Part shown: positions 19,530-29,291 of the stretch, piece after piece
Position numbering within the stretch: position 1 is the stretch's first letter
How the letters are laid out: every line of letters begins with the position of its first letter
Virus record (IMG/VR): IMGVR_UViG_3300042923_000569
Coordinates: 248,001 to 312,000 of that record
Length of the DNA stretch: 64,000 nucleotides
Direction: 5' to 3' (one strand)
Program-made: the position numbers and the translations under genes
Notes under the pieces: generated by a model
Databases searched by the model: none
Seen by the model: only the letters and a program-made list of their open reading frames with translations
Told to the model about the DNA's origin: nothing

Positions 19530-19940
19530 CTACTTTAATTGTTGGATGACAGTATCATCGTAAATTTTCTGCTGCAATTTACGTAGTACAATGAAGAATG
19601 CCACAAAAAATAAAGTTGTGCAAGCCCCAAAATACATTTGATACTGAAACATGAATAATGCACATGGAACTAAAATATACACTGGTGTTGATGAAATCAC
19701 ATAGGTTCCATAACGCCGGTACATACCTAATCGTATTTCATGATTCTTATTGCCCAACGCATCAATCATCATATGTGCCGTTATACCGGCAGCCGCAGAC
19801 AATATAATAAGAACTACTGTACTTAATGTAAACCACTGCTGAGGAATATGTAAGTCCAAATTTAAAGATTTTTGAATAACATCCATGAATGCAATAAAGT
19901 ACAATACAAAGAATGCTATTAGATACTTATTGATTTTCAT
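19530..19940 (-). CDS. hypothetical membrane protein
   Basis: Four hydrophobic segments. Confidence 0.75.
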   Translation of the reverse strand: MKINKYLIAFFVLYFIAFMDVIQKSLNLDLHIPQQWFTLSTVVLIILSAAAGITAHMMIDALGNKNHEIRLGMYRRYGTYVISSTPVYILVPCALFMFQYQMYFGACTTLFFVAFFIVLRKLQQKIYDDTVIQQLK

Positions 19941-19947
19941 TTTAACC

Positions 19948-20403
19948 TCAGTCGTTAAGTACTACAGTTGGCTTCTTCTTGGCATTTTCTTTTGCTACTT
20001 CAAGATTATGTGCATCAGCTCGTTCATTCTGACTGACCCGAACATAGTTCCATACTGCAAACATAATTAATGACATCATTAAGAACGGCCAATTACTACA
20101 AAAGAAGCATAATGCTGCAAATACAATAAAGTGGTAAGTATAAATGAAATTGAAACTTTCATACTTATATACTTCCGACAGATGTAAATCTATTTTACGG
20201 GTACTATCTAAATCAGGATATTGAATCCAGTACCCCATAGTAAACAACGAAGAAGCCATATATGCAATGATCATAACTGCTACATATTTTGTTTGTAGTG
20301 TTTGATTAATGTACACATACATTTCATTCAATGAATAAAACGCAAAGATAATTTCAATGAAAATAAGTATTACAGTAATTAAGTTGATATAAGAACGTTT
20401 CAT
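19948..20403 (-). CDS. hypothetical membrane protein
   Basis: Four hydrophobic segments. Confidence 0.75.
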   Translation of the reverse strand: MKRSYINLITVILIFIEIIFAFYSLNEMYVYINQTLQTKYVAVMIIAYMASSLFTMGYWIQYPDLDSTRKIDLHLSEVYKYESFNFIYTYHFIVFAALCFFCSNWPFLMMSLIMFAVWNYVRVSQNERADAHNLEVAKENAKKKPTVVLND

Positions 20404-20424
20404 TATTCCACCGTAAAATTAATA

Positions 20425-20946
20425 TTACTTTAGGGAGATACCCCAATTCTTTTCCATCTCAGCTTTCAAATTACTGATTTCATTATTTGAAAGTACAATC
20501 TTTTCTTTTTTCTGTGAAGACATAGGCTTAGCTACCGCAACATCAGAAGTACCCATATTATTACTGACGTACTGCTGAACGCCTTTGGTGGTTAAGAACT
20601 TACCATTCAGTAGTTGTCCGAAGGTGATATTACGTTTCTCAGTATATTCACCAATTTCACTAACAGGTACGACAGTTTTGCTTAGTACTGCCACTTTGGT
20701 AAAGCCAGTAATTAGTTTATCAGCTTTAACATCACACACGATAGCAAACGGGTAACCTTCCCAATAACAAACCCATTTATGGAAATCAGTACTATCAACT
20801 TTTAAACAATCTTTAAAAGTATAATACATAAAGTCGTCATCCATAAGACCCAAGAAACCTCCACCGTCTGCAATAGATTCAATTGGAATGTAGCCAGCAC
20901 GGTTGATCATTGTCTTGGTAATTTTAGTTGCGAGTACGGATGACAT
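20425..20946 (-). CDS. hypothetical protein
   Basis: ORF with GAGG SD. Confidence 0.75.
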   Translation of the reverse strand: MSSVLATKITKTMINRAGYIPIESIADGGGFLGLMDDDFMYYTFKDCLKVDSTDFHKWVCYWEGYPFAIVCDVKADKLITGFTKVAVLSKTVVPVSEIGEYTEKRNITFGQLLNGKFLTTKGVQQYVSNNMGTSDVAVAKPMSSQKKEKIVLSNNEISNLKAEMEKNWGISLK

Positions 20947-20995
20947 AGTTTAAACCCTCAAGTAACACATTAAAATATAGTTGTTCAAAAATAAC

Positions 20996-21475
20996 TTAAA
21001 GTACTTTACGCTGACGTGCTATTTTTTCTTTACGTTCTTTTTCATGCAACATAGCAACGACTTTGTTTGCAAGTATAAAGACGGTTGGAGAAAGTAAGTA
21101 CTCAACATCGTTTATATTACCAATATTGTACTGAAAAGGCAATGTATTTCTGTTTTCTGGTTGAACAATGCGTAATTTATACTCATCGGTTTCATCCCGC
21201 CAGCTAGACCCTGACCAGCCTACATCAGTTCCACCATCTAAAGCAAGTGCTAATAATTTTTCAAGTTTAGCATTGACTTCTGGATAAAACTGTTGATTGG
21301 TATTGATTTGCTTATAAGTACACAAATATGACAGTGCATAGTTCTGAAGAAATGACCACACACTATTAGATACTTTATAAGCATATCGTGAACGTATATT
21401 AATTCCACCACATGCAAAACTGAATGCACCCTGGAACATTACAAAAAAACATAATAGATACCATTCAAATGTCAT
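20996..21475 (-). CDS. hypothetical protein (N-terminal TM)
   Basis: ORF. Confidence 0.7.
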   Translation of the reverse strand: MTFEWYLLCFFVMFQGAFSFACGGINIRSRYAYKVSNSVWSFLQNYALSYLCTYKQINTNQQFYPEVNAKLEKLLALALDGGTDVGWSGSSWRDETDEYKLRIVQPENRNTLPFQYNIGNINDVEYLLSPTVFILANKVVAMLHEKERKEKIARQRKVL

Positions 21476-21777
21476 TTGCTTACCTTATATTCTTCCTCAC
21501 ATTTAATAGCTAAAGGAGATGTTGAGTTGTTGGTTGCAGTATCGACGCCGCTTTGATAGTACTCTGAAATAATCTGATTCTTTTCAAGTATGCCATTTGG
21601 AATCTGACTATCAAAGTACTTCTGCATTTTCACGTATACTTTCTTTTTCTTTACATAGCTCATCTGTGATGAATATCCAGCACAAAATGAGATATGATTA
21701 ATACCAGTACTTGCTTGTGCTTGTTTATATAAAAACAAACTGATCAATGCAATGAAAATTAATCCAATCGTTTTCAT
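21472..21777 (-). CDS. hypothetical exported protein
   Basis: Signal peptide ending AQA. Confidence 0.7.
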   Translation of the reverse strand: MKTIGLIFIALISLFLYKQAQASTGINHISFCAGYSSQMSYVKKKKVYVKMQKYFDSQIPNGILEKNQIISEYYQSGVDTATNNSTSPLAIKCEEEYKVSK

Positions 21778-21971
21778 TAAACCTTCTCCAAGAAGATTTT
21801 TACAGGAGTAAATGGATCAGCATAAGTATACAATGCTTTATGAAGAACTTTTTTCACAAGGTATTCTTGATTATACAAAAGTACTGTGTCTCCTACCGAT
21901 GGAATTTCCCAAAACTGAATAGTTTCTTCGGCTTCATCAACAACTACATCAACATCTTTTTGAACAATCAT
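21777..21971 (-). CDS. hypothetical protein
   Basis: ORF coupled to neighbours. Confidence 0.65.
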   Translation of the reverse strand: MIVQKDVDVVVDEAEETIQFWEIPSVGDTVLLYNQEYLVKKVLHKALYTYADPFTPVKIFLEKV

Positions 21972-22543
21972 TGGAATCGTAGCTCCTGTAATGGCGACAT
22001 AATACTACTGACCGGATAGTTTTCAATCTTAGGACGATTGTCTGGCCCGGTTAGTACGGGTTCGAGTAGATGGATTTGATCTACCTTATTGTAACCTTCG
22101 AACGTAAACTCATGGATACGTTCATTGAACAACGCCCAAAGAACAATATCAGCTTTACGTTGGATCTTTGGAAGCTGTCGTGAACTGATGCAAGGCCCGT
22201 AGCGTAGCCATGAACCGTACTTAATGCCTTTGACTTCAATCCGCTGTCCACCTACATAAATGTCGCATTCACCTTCACGGCGTTCATCCATGTAAGCAGG
22301 GTCAATTGACAGATTCGCTCCCGTCATTTTCTCAATCTCTTGGAACAGTACATGAGCAGCGTACTCCGCAGCTAAGCCTACCAGATGAGAGTGAGCGTGA
22401 TTGAAGCCATAAGGGGAGACGCCATCAGGTGACAGTACGGAGAACTTTTCGGCCTTGGCTTCAGCCAGGTCCAGAAAGTTCGCGAACTCCGGTTCCGTCA
22501 AGCGAATCTTCATTTTGTTATCACGCACGATTAAACGACTCAT
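21968..22543 (-). CDS. putative PD-(D/E)XK restriction-fold nuclease
   Basis: GLAAEYA (E-helix)...GECDIYVGGQRIEVKG (D...EVK motif). Confidence 0.6.
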   Translation of the reverse strand: MSRLIVRDNKMKIRLTEPEFANFLDLAEAKAEKFSVLSPDGVSPYGFNHAHSHLVGLAAEYAAHVLFQEIEKMTGANLSIDPAYMDERREGECDIYVGGQRIEVKGIKYGSWLRYGPCISSRQLPKIQRKADIVLWALFNERIHEFTFEGYNKVDQIHLLEPVLTGPDNRPKIENYPVSSIMSPLQELRFQ

Positions 22544-22572
22544 AAAATTCTCACCTCAATTAATATGCAACC

Positions 22573-22600
22573 ATTGTACCAAAAACTGGTGCCAAGTCAA
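22573..22600 (-). promoter_or_regulatory. sigma70-type promoter
   Basis: TTGACT-16-TACAAT with TG extension. Confidence 0.65.
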
Positions 22601-22718
22601 GCAGTTTAGAATTTGTTATCTTTTTTCTACAAACTTATTGTTGCACTAAACTGTTATAAAAGTCAACAAAAAATGATGTTTTTTAAATAAATACCTCATA
22701 ATAACAGGAGGATAAAAG

Positions 22719-23855
22719 ATGGCTAGACCTATTGCTGGTATTGATGAATATAAATTTGGTGAATGTGGGTTCGTGGTTGACGGTGCTTTACTAAAGAATG
22801 GTGTTAAACTCAAAAATGTTCGTATCTATAAACAACGTTCAATCCATATGTTCGATTTAATCGATCCAATCACAAGAACTATATATCAGAAAGTACAGAT
22901 TACGGGTTATGACAATGATACTCGTGTTCTTAATTATGATTTAACGGATGATGCTTTGCTGAACGTTATTCCAGTAAACTCATTTTATGTGCGTGGGTAT
23001 AATGATACTCTATCGCAAAAAGGTTTTGTAATAAGATTCTTAACTAATAAAGTAGTACTGAGTGATGGAAGTCATGCATATCTATACGATATGTATACAC
23101 CGTTCTGTAGTTTGCCTAATCCAGATTTGGGTACAATCATTGTTAATACTGTAACAGTTGACAGTACTACAGTTACTGGTTCAGTAAGTGCAACATCAGG
23201 CAATTTAATTGAAAATGGAATGGTAGTAACGTTAACAACTCCAGAAGGAAGAGTGTATGCGACTAATGTAGTTAATCGTATCTTTACATTTACTGGTGTT
23301 GTGTTTGAAGGAACAGGAACAGGCACGATTGAGATAACTTCACCAATCTATAACACCAGTTCCATTGAATTTGAAGTACAGCCTGAAACGGCAGATAGTG
23401 ATTATGTAACTGTATATCCAGTTGCGGCTAGCCAGTTCATAGCTAATCCAGATAGTACGTACAGTTATGTTCTTCCTGAAAGTGTACATATGAGAGGGGT
23501 TGATCTTATCGTTCAGGTACAATCGAATGGTTCGGTTTATACCAGTACTGTGAATGTGGATGGCACCGGTAATATCACACTTACTCAACTAAGCAGAGCA
23601 GATGCTAACATACTTATTATTGGTAGTACAAGACTTACAGTGACTTATTCGACTGCATTGGTTTGGACATTGAACGGTTCACATTATCAGATGAGTATTC
23701 CACAATCTGTTCACCAGAAAGAGAATATATCTCTAGCAGTATATAATGACACTGAGCTTGTTACGGTAGAAGTACAAATAGATAACTCAGAAAATATAAC
23801 TCTAATCAGTGATACTAACTTTACTGGTAAGGTTGTTATTTCTGGTAAATCATAA
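22719..23855 (+). CDS. putative virion structural protein (beta-rich, Ig-like repeats)
   Basis: Only long plus-strand gene; AGGAGG SD; Thr/Val-rich; internal duplication (PESVH / PQSVH ... V.VDGTGNITL / VQIDNSENITL). Confidence 0.7.
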   Translation: MARPIAGIDEYKFGECGFVVDGALLKNGVKLKNVRIYKQRSIHMFDLIDPITRTIYQKVQITGYDNDTRVLNYDLTDDALLNVIPVNSFYVRGYNDTLSQKGFVIRFLTNKVVLSDGSHAYLYDMYTPFCSLPNPDLGTIIVNTVTVDSTTVTGSVSATSGNLIENGMVVTLTTPEGRVYATNVVNRIFTFTGVVFEGTGTGTIEITSPIYNTSSIEFEVQPETADSDYVTVYPVAASQFIANPDSTYSYVLPESVHMRGVDLIVQVQSNGSVYTSTVNVDGTGNITLTQLSRADANILIIGSTRLTVTYSTALVWTLNGSHYQMSIPQSVHQKENISLAVYNDTELVTVEVQIDNSENITLISDTNFTGKVVISGKS

Positions 23856-23858
23856 ACG

Positions 23859-23887
23859 AAAAAAGGGAGCCAATAGGCTCCCTTTTG
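23859..23887. terminator. bidirectional intrinsic terminator
   Basis: AAAAAAGGGAGCC-AATA-GGCTCCCTTTTT between convergent genes. Confidence 0.85.
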
Positions 23888-23900
23888 TTTTAATCAAATA

Positions 23901-24605
23901 TTATAGACCACGAAGAATTTCGTTGAATACCTGATTAACGGTTAGATGTGCATTGTTACGTGCAGTATCAAAGATAAACGATTTGTGATTTGCAACAGCA
24001 CCTGCAACTTCGTCATCACCGTGGAAACGACGAACGTTATCAACTAGTGCAATGACACGAGCATCATTTGCCATTAGGTGTGCAACTTTGTCATCGATAG
24101 CAGACGTTAGTTCTGCATCAGTTAGATCAGAAACTACTGAATCTGCTGACACCGCAGTTTTTGCTGCTGAACGACCGTTACCAAATACAGATTCTGCATC
24201 AGCAACAGTATCACGACCAGTACGTACTGAACCGCGTAGTGCTTCAGTAATGGTATCGATCATATCCTGAGCACGGGCTTCAACATCAACTTTCTGAGTG
24301 GTTGCCGCCGCACCAGCTTTACGTGCTTTAGCAGAAACGGTATCAACTACGCCACCGAAAAGACCAGATACTAGGCTGGAAACTTCCTGGAAAAGACCAG
24401 TTACCGAGTTTGAACTTTTTGCATCATCAAGGATTTCACCAAGATCAAGCTGAGCAGATAGTGCTTCTTCGTGTGAATCAAAAGCAACGATTAGTTCTGC
24501 TTTAGAAGTTTTGATGACTAGGGAAGTAGCATCAACTACTGCGAATAGGAAATCTTCTGAATCAAATAGTACGGTTTCGAATTGAACTTGCATTGTATAC
24601 CTCAA
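23901..24605 (-). CDS. hypothetical protein
   Basis: Ala/Asp-rich; start probably MQVQF (24593). Confidence 0.8.
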   Translation of the reverse strand: MRYTMQVQFETVLFDSEDFLFAVVDATSLVIKTSKAELIVAFDSHEEALSAQLDLGEILDDAKSSNSVTGLFQEVSSLVSGLFGGVVDTVSAKARKAGAAATTQKVDVEARAQDMIDTITEALRGSVRTGRDTVADAESVFGNGRSAAKTAVSADSVVSDLTDAELTSAIDDKVAHLMANDARVIALVDNVRRFHGDDEVAGAVANHKSFIFDTARNNAHLTVNQVFNEILRGL

Positions 24606-24667
24606 GGGTTATTGGATTATTTTGTTTCTTAGTTACTTAAAATGTACTTAATTCCTTAAGTACTTTG

Positions 24668-24740
24668 TGGAGCTATGCGGATTTGAACCGCAGACCTACT
24701 ACGTGCAAGGCAGTTGCTCTACCAACTGAGCTATAGCCCC
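24668..24740 (-). tRNA. tRNA-Ala(UGC)
   Basis: GGGGCTATAGCTCAG...CTTGCAC...TTCAAATCC; G3:U70; CCA not encoded. Confidence 0.95.
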
Positions 24741-24821
24741 TTATCACGTCCTAACTTATACCGAGTCGGCTTTCGGGCAGACGTGATACACCCCGAAGCA
24801 CATTGGCTTTGTATAAGCTTG

Positions 24822-24895
24822 ATGCGGGAGAGGGATTTGAACCCCCGACCTCCAGGTTATGAGCCTTGCGAGCTACCTGCCTGCTCCATCCCGCA
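24822..24895 (-). tRNA. tRNA-Met(CAU), initiator-like
   Basis: TGCGGGATGGAGCAG...GGTAGCTCG...GGCTCATAACC. Confidence 0.9.
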
Positions 24896-24910
24896 CTTGA
24901 TTACGTATCT

Positions 24911-24940
24911 ATTATACCAGATTTTTTCGTTTCGTTTCAT
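24911..24940 (-). promoter_or_regulatory. WTGAAAC-type phage promoter
   Basis: ATGAAACG...CTGGTATAAT upstream of tRNA-fMet. Confidence 0.75.
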
Positions 24941-24986
24941 ATTTTTAAGATTTATTTTTAAAATCTTTATCTCAACGAATGCCCTT

Positions 24987-25016
24987 ATTATACCACAAAA
25001 AAATCTGGCGTTTCAT
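24987..25016 (-). promoter_or_regulatory. WTGAAAC-type phage promoter (tandem copy)
   Basis: ATGAAACG...TGTGGTATAAT. Confidence 0.75.
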
Positions 25017-25020
25017 ATTT

Positions 25021-25224
25021 TTAAAGGGCAATGTAAAAAACAAAACCTGGGATGCCGATGAACAGTACTAACAATGCAATAGTCAGGAGTATATCGTACT
25101 TCATCCGATTCTTCTTTGACCCGTACTGTGGAGCCGCAATACCGAAGTTAATTAACACCAGAATACCAACTACCCAACAAATCAACATGAATACTACGGA
25201 CAATAAAATATGCATAAAATCCAC
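25021..25224 (-). CDS. hypothetical membrane protein
   Basis: Two TM segments. Confidence 0.65.
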   Translation of the reverse strand: MDFMHILLSVVFMLICWVVGILVLINFGIAAPQYGSKKNRMKYDILLTIALLVLFIGIPGFVFYIAL

Positions 25225-25226
25225 CG

Positions 25227-25457
25227 TTATTTGTCAATCTTTTTAAGAATTAATTCTTCGGCCTTTTTGTAGTTTAACCCACTAACTGACGCAAGCTGCA
25301 TTTCTTCAGAAACCATCTTATCACATTTAGTGCATTCAGCAGTATAATTAATTTGATGATTTCCGTTGGGTTCACCCCACCAGTTTAAACGCTGATATAC
25401 ATTCAATGACAGTACTTCAAACTTATGTCGGCAAAAGAACATTTTTAATTTAGACAT
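25227..25457 (-). CDS. hypothetical protein (FCRH...CxKC)
   Basis: Small phage zinc-finger-like pattern. Confidence 0.7.
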   Translation of the reverse strand: MSKLKMFFCRHKFEVLSLNVYQRLNWWGEPNGNHQINYTAECTKCDKMVSEEMQLASVSGLNYKKAEELILKKIDK

Positions 25458-25462
25458 ACAAG

Positions 25463-25858
25463 TTACCAGATATTAGACATATTATGAAGTGCTAAGCGTG
25501 CATCCTCAATTGTATTGAGTTTGTTGACAAAGAAAGGACTATTAATTTCCGATTCAGTCAAAGCACGATCAATACAAGCATTGGCAACTTCTAGGAATTC
25601 AGTGCATTCTTCATTGGTGAATGGTTTATCAAACACCCAATAAGGATGTGATGAATCCAACGAAATATGAACTAAATTAATTGCTTTTTTGAATGATATA
25701 TCAGCGTTTGTTGCAAGGGTAAGTACATCTTCAACAAAATCTTCAGTACTGATATATGTTGTTAATTTAACAGGTTCAAAAATCATTTCTTTGGATGTAG
25801 ATTCTTTAAGTGCAACTTCTACTTTGTTGTCTCGTTCATCCAATATGAAGTATTTCAT
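25463..25858 (-). CDS. hypothetical protein
   Basis: ORF with AAGGA SD. Confidence 0.75.
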   Translation of the reverse strand: MKYFILDERDNKVEVALKESTSKEMIFEPVKLTTYISTEDFVEDVLTLATNADISFKKAINLVHISLDSSHPYWVFDKPFTNEECTEFLEVANACIDRALTESEINSPFFVNKLNTIEDARLALHNMSNIW

Positions 25859-25871
25859 TTATTTTCCTTAG

Positions 25872-25944
25872 TGGTCAGTACTGGATTTGAACCAGTGACT
25901 TCTACATTATGAGTGTAGCGTTCTACCAACTGAACTAACTGACC
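25872..25944 (-). tRNA. tRNA-Met(CAU), elongator-like
   Basis: CTACA-CTCATAA-TGTAG anticodon arm, full cloverleaf. Confidence 0.9.
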
Positions 25945-26169
25945 TTAATTTTTATATTTTTGTATGTTGTGTGCTAGTGCGTGAATGTCGAACCGTGCAC
26001 GTTGTAGTGCAGATACTGCTGAGTCCTGATAGCTATTAGTTGTCGCCTGTACATTCTTTTCAACTGTAATATACTGCTGTAATTCAAGCTGGATGTTCAG
26101 AAGCTTTTCTTCGATCTCGATCAAACGTTGTGCAGTAATCATAATTTTTATCTCATTTAAAAAGACCAC
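25945..26169 (-). CDS. hypothetical protein
   Basis: ORF; start probably MITAQ. Confidence 0.65.
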   Translation of the reverse strand: MVFLNEIKIMITAQRLIEIEEKLLNIQLELQQYITVEKNVQATTNSYQDSAVSALQRARFDIHALAHNIQKYKN

Positions 26170-26199
26170 TCCTATAGTGGTCAGGACAGATGTAGTGTC

Positions 26200-27447
26200 T
26201 CACGACACGGCTTCTGTGTCAAGCCTAGAAATGAATTCTTCGGCATTATCTTTACATTCCAAGAAAAGTGCTTGTAAATCACAACCAGCTTTCGTTGAGA
26301 ATGTAATATCAGGTATATTTGCATCAGGGTACATTAGTTTAATATATTCCTTGATTTCAATATCTTCTAGATATGGTATTTCATATATATAATCAACCCT
26401 TCCTTTACGCACTACTGCTGGATCAACTTTTTCAAGATGGTTAGTAGTTAAGAAGATGATAGTACCGTTCAACGAAATCACACCATCTAGTACATTAAGA
26501 ATTTTTGATAGGCTTAACATTTCCATATCAAAGATATTATCGGATTGTGCTTTTGTTTCACGGTCATGAACTGCACTACATGAATCAAAGTCTTCAATCA
26601 GTACTATACTATTAGGTGGAATAGTACTCATTGCTTTTTCAAATGATTTATTACTCATAGTTGATAAATCAATGATACAAATATTTTTATTAAAGTTAGA
26701 TGCAATTGCTTTAATAGTACTACTCTTACCAGTGCCAGGTTTTCCATGTAAAATATAAGTTTGTTTACATGCTAGACCACGAGATGTGTACCAATCAGGA
26801 TTACTATAGAAGTACTCTAGGTTTTCTAGAATTTTATCTTTAATTTCTTTTTTGAGAATTACAGAAGATAATGGACGCTTCTTAACACTTGTCAAGTACT
26901 TCCAGTCTTCACCAGCAATTGTATAAATTCCCATATCGTCTTTCTTTGGTTTATATGCGAAGTCCTGTATTAATGCCATAATAGGCTTTTGGCTTCGACC
27001 AAAGGTTTTAATTACAATATGTTGCTTTTCTTTTTCTGAACCCTGTGAGTTTAAAGATGTTTTTTCAAACCAGAATAATCTTTTATTATAGAAGAAGAAG
27101 TGTTTACCATACCCTGCACCTACCACGTATGACTCATTATTATCGTTATCACTGTACCAACCGGTATTACCATCAAGAGATAAGTATCTAGACCATTTAG
27201 CATATGGTGATTTTAAAAACCAAGACATAAAAGCTTTAAACTGAGTCTCGTTTCCGGTATGTCCTGCGTTATTAAACTCTAAACTTGTCAGTACCTGTCT
27301 TTTTACAAACATAATAAATGTTGGAATAAACTTTAGACAGTACGTTAATACACCTAATCCCCATAATGAAACTGCCCCTGCTAACCAGGGATAGGTTTTC
27401 ATTGCCAGTACTAACTGTGCGTATAATCCCGCAACAAACTCGAACAT
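26200..27447 (-). CDS. BCS1-like AAA+ ATPase with N-terminal TM segment
   Basis: RPLSSVIL...WYTSRGL...Walker A GKPGTGKS, Walker B VLIEDFD, LNVLDG, TTNH..KVDPAVVRKGRVD. Confidence 0.9.
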   Translation of the reverse strand: MFEFVAGLYAQLVLAMKTYPWLAGAVSLWGLGVLTYCLKFIPTFIMFVKRQVLTSLEFNNAGHTGNETQFKAFMSWFLKSPYAKWSRYLSLDGNTGWYSDNDNNESYVVGAGYGKHFFFYNKRLFWFEKTSLNSQGSEKEKQHIVIKTFGRSQKPIMALIQDFAYKPKKDDMGIYTIAGEDWKYLTSVKKRPLSSVILKKEIKDKILENLEYFYSNPDWYTSRGLACKQTYILHGKPGTGKSSTIKAIASNFNKNICIIDLSTMSNKSFEKAMSTIPPNSIVLIEDFDSCSAVHDRETKAQSDNIFDMEMLSLSKILNVLDGVISLNGTIIFLTTNHLEKVDPAVVRKGRVDYIYEIPYLEDIEIKEYIKLMYPDANIPDITFSTKAGCDLQALFLECKDNAEEFISRLDTEAVS

Positions 27448-27806
27448 TACATATCCTTTACTGCACGTGTTAAAATATAATTAAATCTTGCTAGATCATA
27501 GATGTTTAAATCAAATAGATCTTCTCTCATAATTTGTAAGTACTCGTAAATCTCTGGTGTATCACCTTGTGATTCAATATCAGTATTGATTAGAAGGCCA
27601 AAATCTACGATACAAAGAAGAAGGTTTAAATCACCTTCATCATCAAAGTAACCCACTTTTACTAATGGTACTGGTGCTGTGTGGTCAAGTTCTAACAAAT
27701 ACGTCACACCATTATAATCAAGTGTGTGATCATCGTAACGAAGAAAATGATAGTAGTTCTTGTCAAAGAACTGTGCAACTTCACGTAATGAACCGAATGC
27801 GTGCAT
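27447..27806 (-). CDS. hypothetical protein
   Basis: ORF with AAGGA SD. Confidence 0.7.
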   Translation of the reverse strand: MHAFGSLREVAQFFDKNYYHFLRYDDHTLDYNGVTYLLELDHTAPVPLVKVGYFDDEGDLNLLLCIVDFGLLINTDIESQGDTPEIYEYLQIMREDLFDLNIYDLARFNYILTRAVKDM

Positions 27807-27827
27807 TGTGTTTCCTTATATTGAATG

Positions 27828-27903
27828 TGGAGCATGGGATCGGATTCGAACCGATGAATAATGGATTTGCAATCCACCCCCTTAACCGTTCAGGCACCCA
27901 CGC
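27828..27903 (-). tRNA. tRNA-Cys(GCA)
   Basis: GTGGA-TTGCAAA-TCCAT; U73, CCA encoded. Confidence 0.95.
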
Positions 27904-28473
27904 TTATTTGAACTTTATATATACTCGATTTCCGCTACCTTTAATGAACAAACCAAATGATTCAAAGTAATCTACAATCATTTGTAGTCTCTGGCATTGC
28001 TCAAAGTCCAAGATATAATCTTGTGTAGTAGCTGTTTGGAAGTGTTCTTCTTCCGTTTTGGGTAGTACTGGATAGTGTAAATTCAAACTGGTGGTTACTA
28101 TTTCAACCATATCATTCTCAAAATAAGATAATGCAGTTGTGTTAGAGTTAGATACCATAGTTTTAGTAAAATTAACCCAGCTCATATCATCACTTGCACT
28201 AATCATACTAACAGAATCTTGACGCCATTCGAGAACGTTAACTACAGAATCAAGACGTTTGGTTTCAATACGACCACTGTACTGTCTTTGATCATATTCA
28301 GCGTATACATACATTTTAAAAGTTATAGTGTTGTTGAATAAGTCATGTTCAATTTTAAGATTGTCATATTCATAGACGCGTGATAAATTTCCCACATCTT
28401 TACTTTGTTTAAAATTATTAAGGTTTTCATAGAATACGTTAACAATTGCATTTCTAGTATCTAGAGCATCCAT
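27904..28473 (-). CDS. hypothetical protein, EExxFQxxT family
   Basis: TEEEHFQTATTQD. Confidence 0.75.
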   Translation of the reverse strand: MDALDTRNAIVNVFYENLNNFKQSKDVGNLSRVYEYDNLKIEHDLFNNTITFKMYVYAEYDQRQYSGRIETKRLDSVVNVLEWRQDSVSMISASDDMSWVNFTKTMVSNSNTTALSYFENDMVEIVTTSLNLHYPVLPKTEEEHFQTATTQDYILDFEQCQRLQMIVDYFESFGLFIKGSGNRVYIKFK

Positions 28474-28647
28474 TTATTTGTTATATCCTGTAAGATTTTT
28501 CTTTTAATGGTTTTAATATTCTCAGTACTTTCATAAGGTAACACATTAGAATGAACTGTACTTTGTTGAAATGTTTGTTCAAATATATTAGATACAGTTT
28601 TCATTTTATCTCAAACAATAAAATAGGGAGCAATTTGCTCCCTTATT

Positions 28648-28860
28648 TTAATTAGATTGGCTGGCATCTGGTGCAGGCGGTTCTGGCTGTACTACTGGTG
28701 CAGGATCTGCGGCAGGGGTAACAACTTCAGCGGGTGCGTCAGTACTTACTTCGTCTTCACTTGCTGGAATACCAACGTCAAGTTGATTGTTTTCCGGCTC
28801 TTTAGTTAAAGCGGCAAATATTGATTTTAGAATAGACCAAATTTTACTTAAAATACTCAT
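28648..28860 (-). CDS. hypothetical Pro/Ala-rich protein
   Basis: AAGGAG SD; amphipathic N-terminus; terminator at 28621-28648. Confidence 0.7.
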   Translation of the reverse strand: MSILSKIWSILKSIFAALTKEPENNQLDVGIPASEDEVSTDAPAEVVTPAADPAPVVQPEPPAPDASQSN

Positions 28861-28955
28861 AAGTACTCCTTAGATAAACAGACTTGTGTCTGCTAATTAT
28901 TTAAGTAAGTACTTAATATAATGATGTAAACAATTATTACTGTATGTAAAAGTTG

Positions 28956-29291
28956 TTATTTACGAATACAACTGATTCCACCTTCCCATGTTTTACTGTT
29001 CATGACGACAAAACATGATGCATCGGGATATTCTACACGTTTAACACTTTGATAGTTATTACCTGATGTAGCTACTGAGATTACACGGTTGTTAGGTGTA
29101 ATATCTTCATCAATGACCGGTTTCGGTTCATCGTCAACATCTTCTTCCGTTGGTTCAGGTGCATTTTGTACATGAACTTGAACGGTAGTTGCAGTTTCTT
29201 GTGGTGCTGGATTGTTTTTCTGAGCTTCTGCCGGAAAAGGTTTACATCCAGCAAGTAGTAACAGAGCTGTAATAAGAAGTGCTTGTTTCAT
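28956..29291 (-). CDS. putative lipoprotein
   Basis: Lipobox LLLAG-C. Confidence 0.75.
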   Translation of the reverse strand: MKQALLITALLLLAGCKPFPAEAQKNNPAPQETATTVQVHVQNAPEPTEEDVDDEPKPVIDEDITPNNRVISVATSGNNYQSVKRVEYPDASCFVVMNSKTWEGGISCIRK

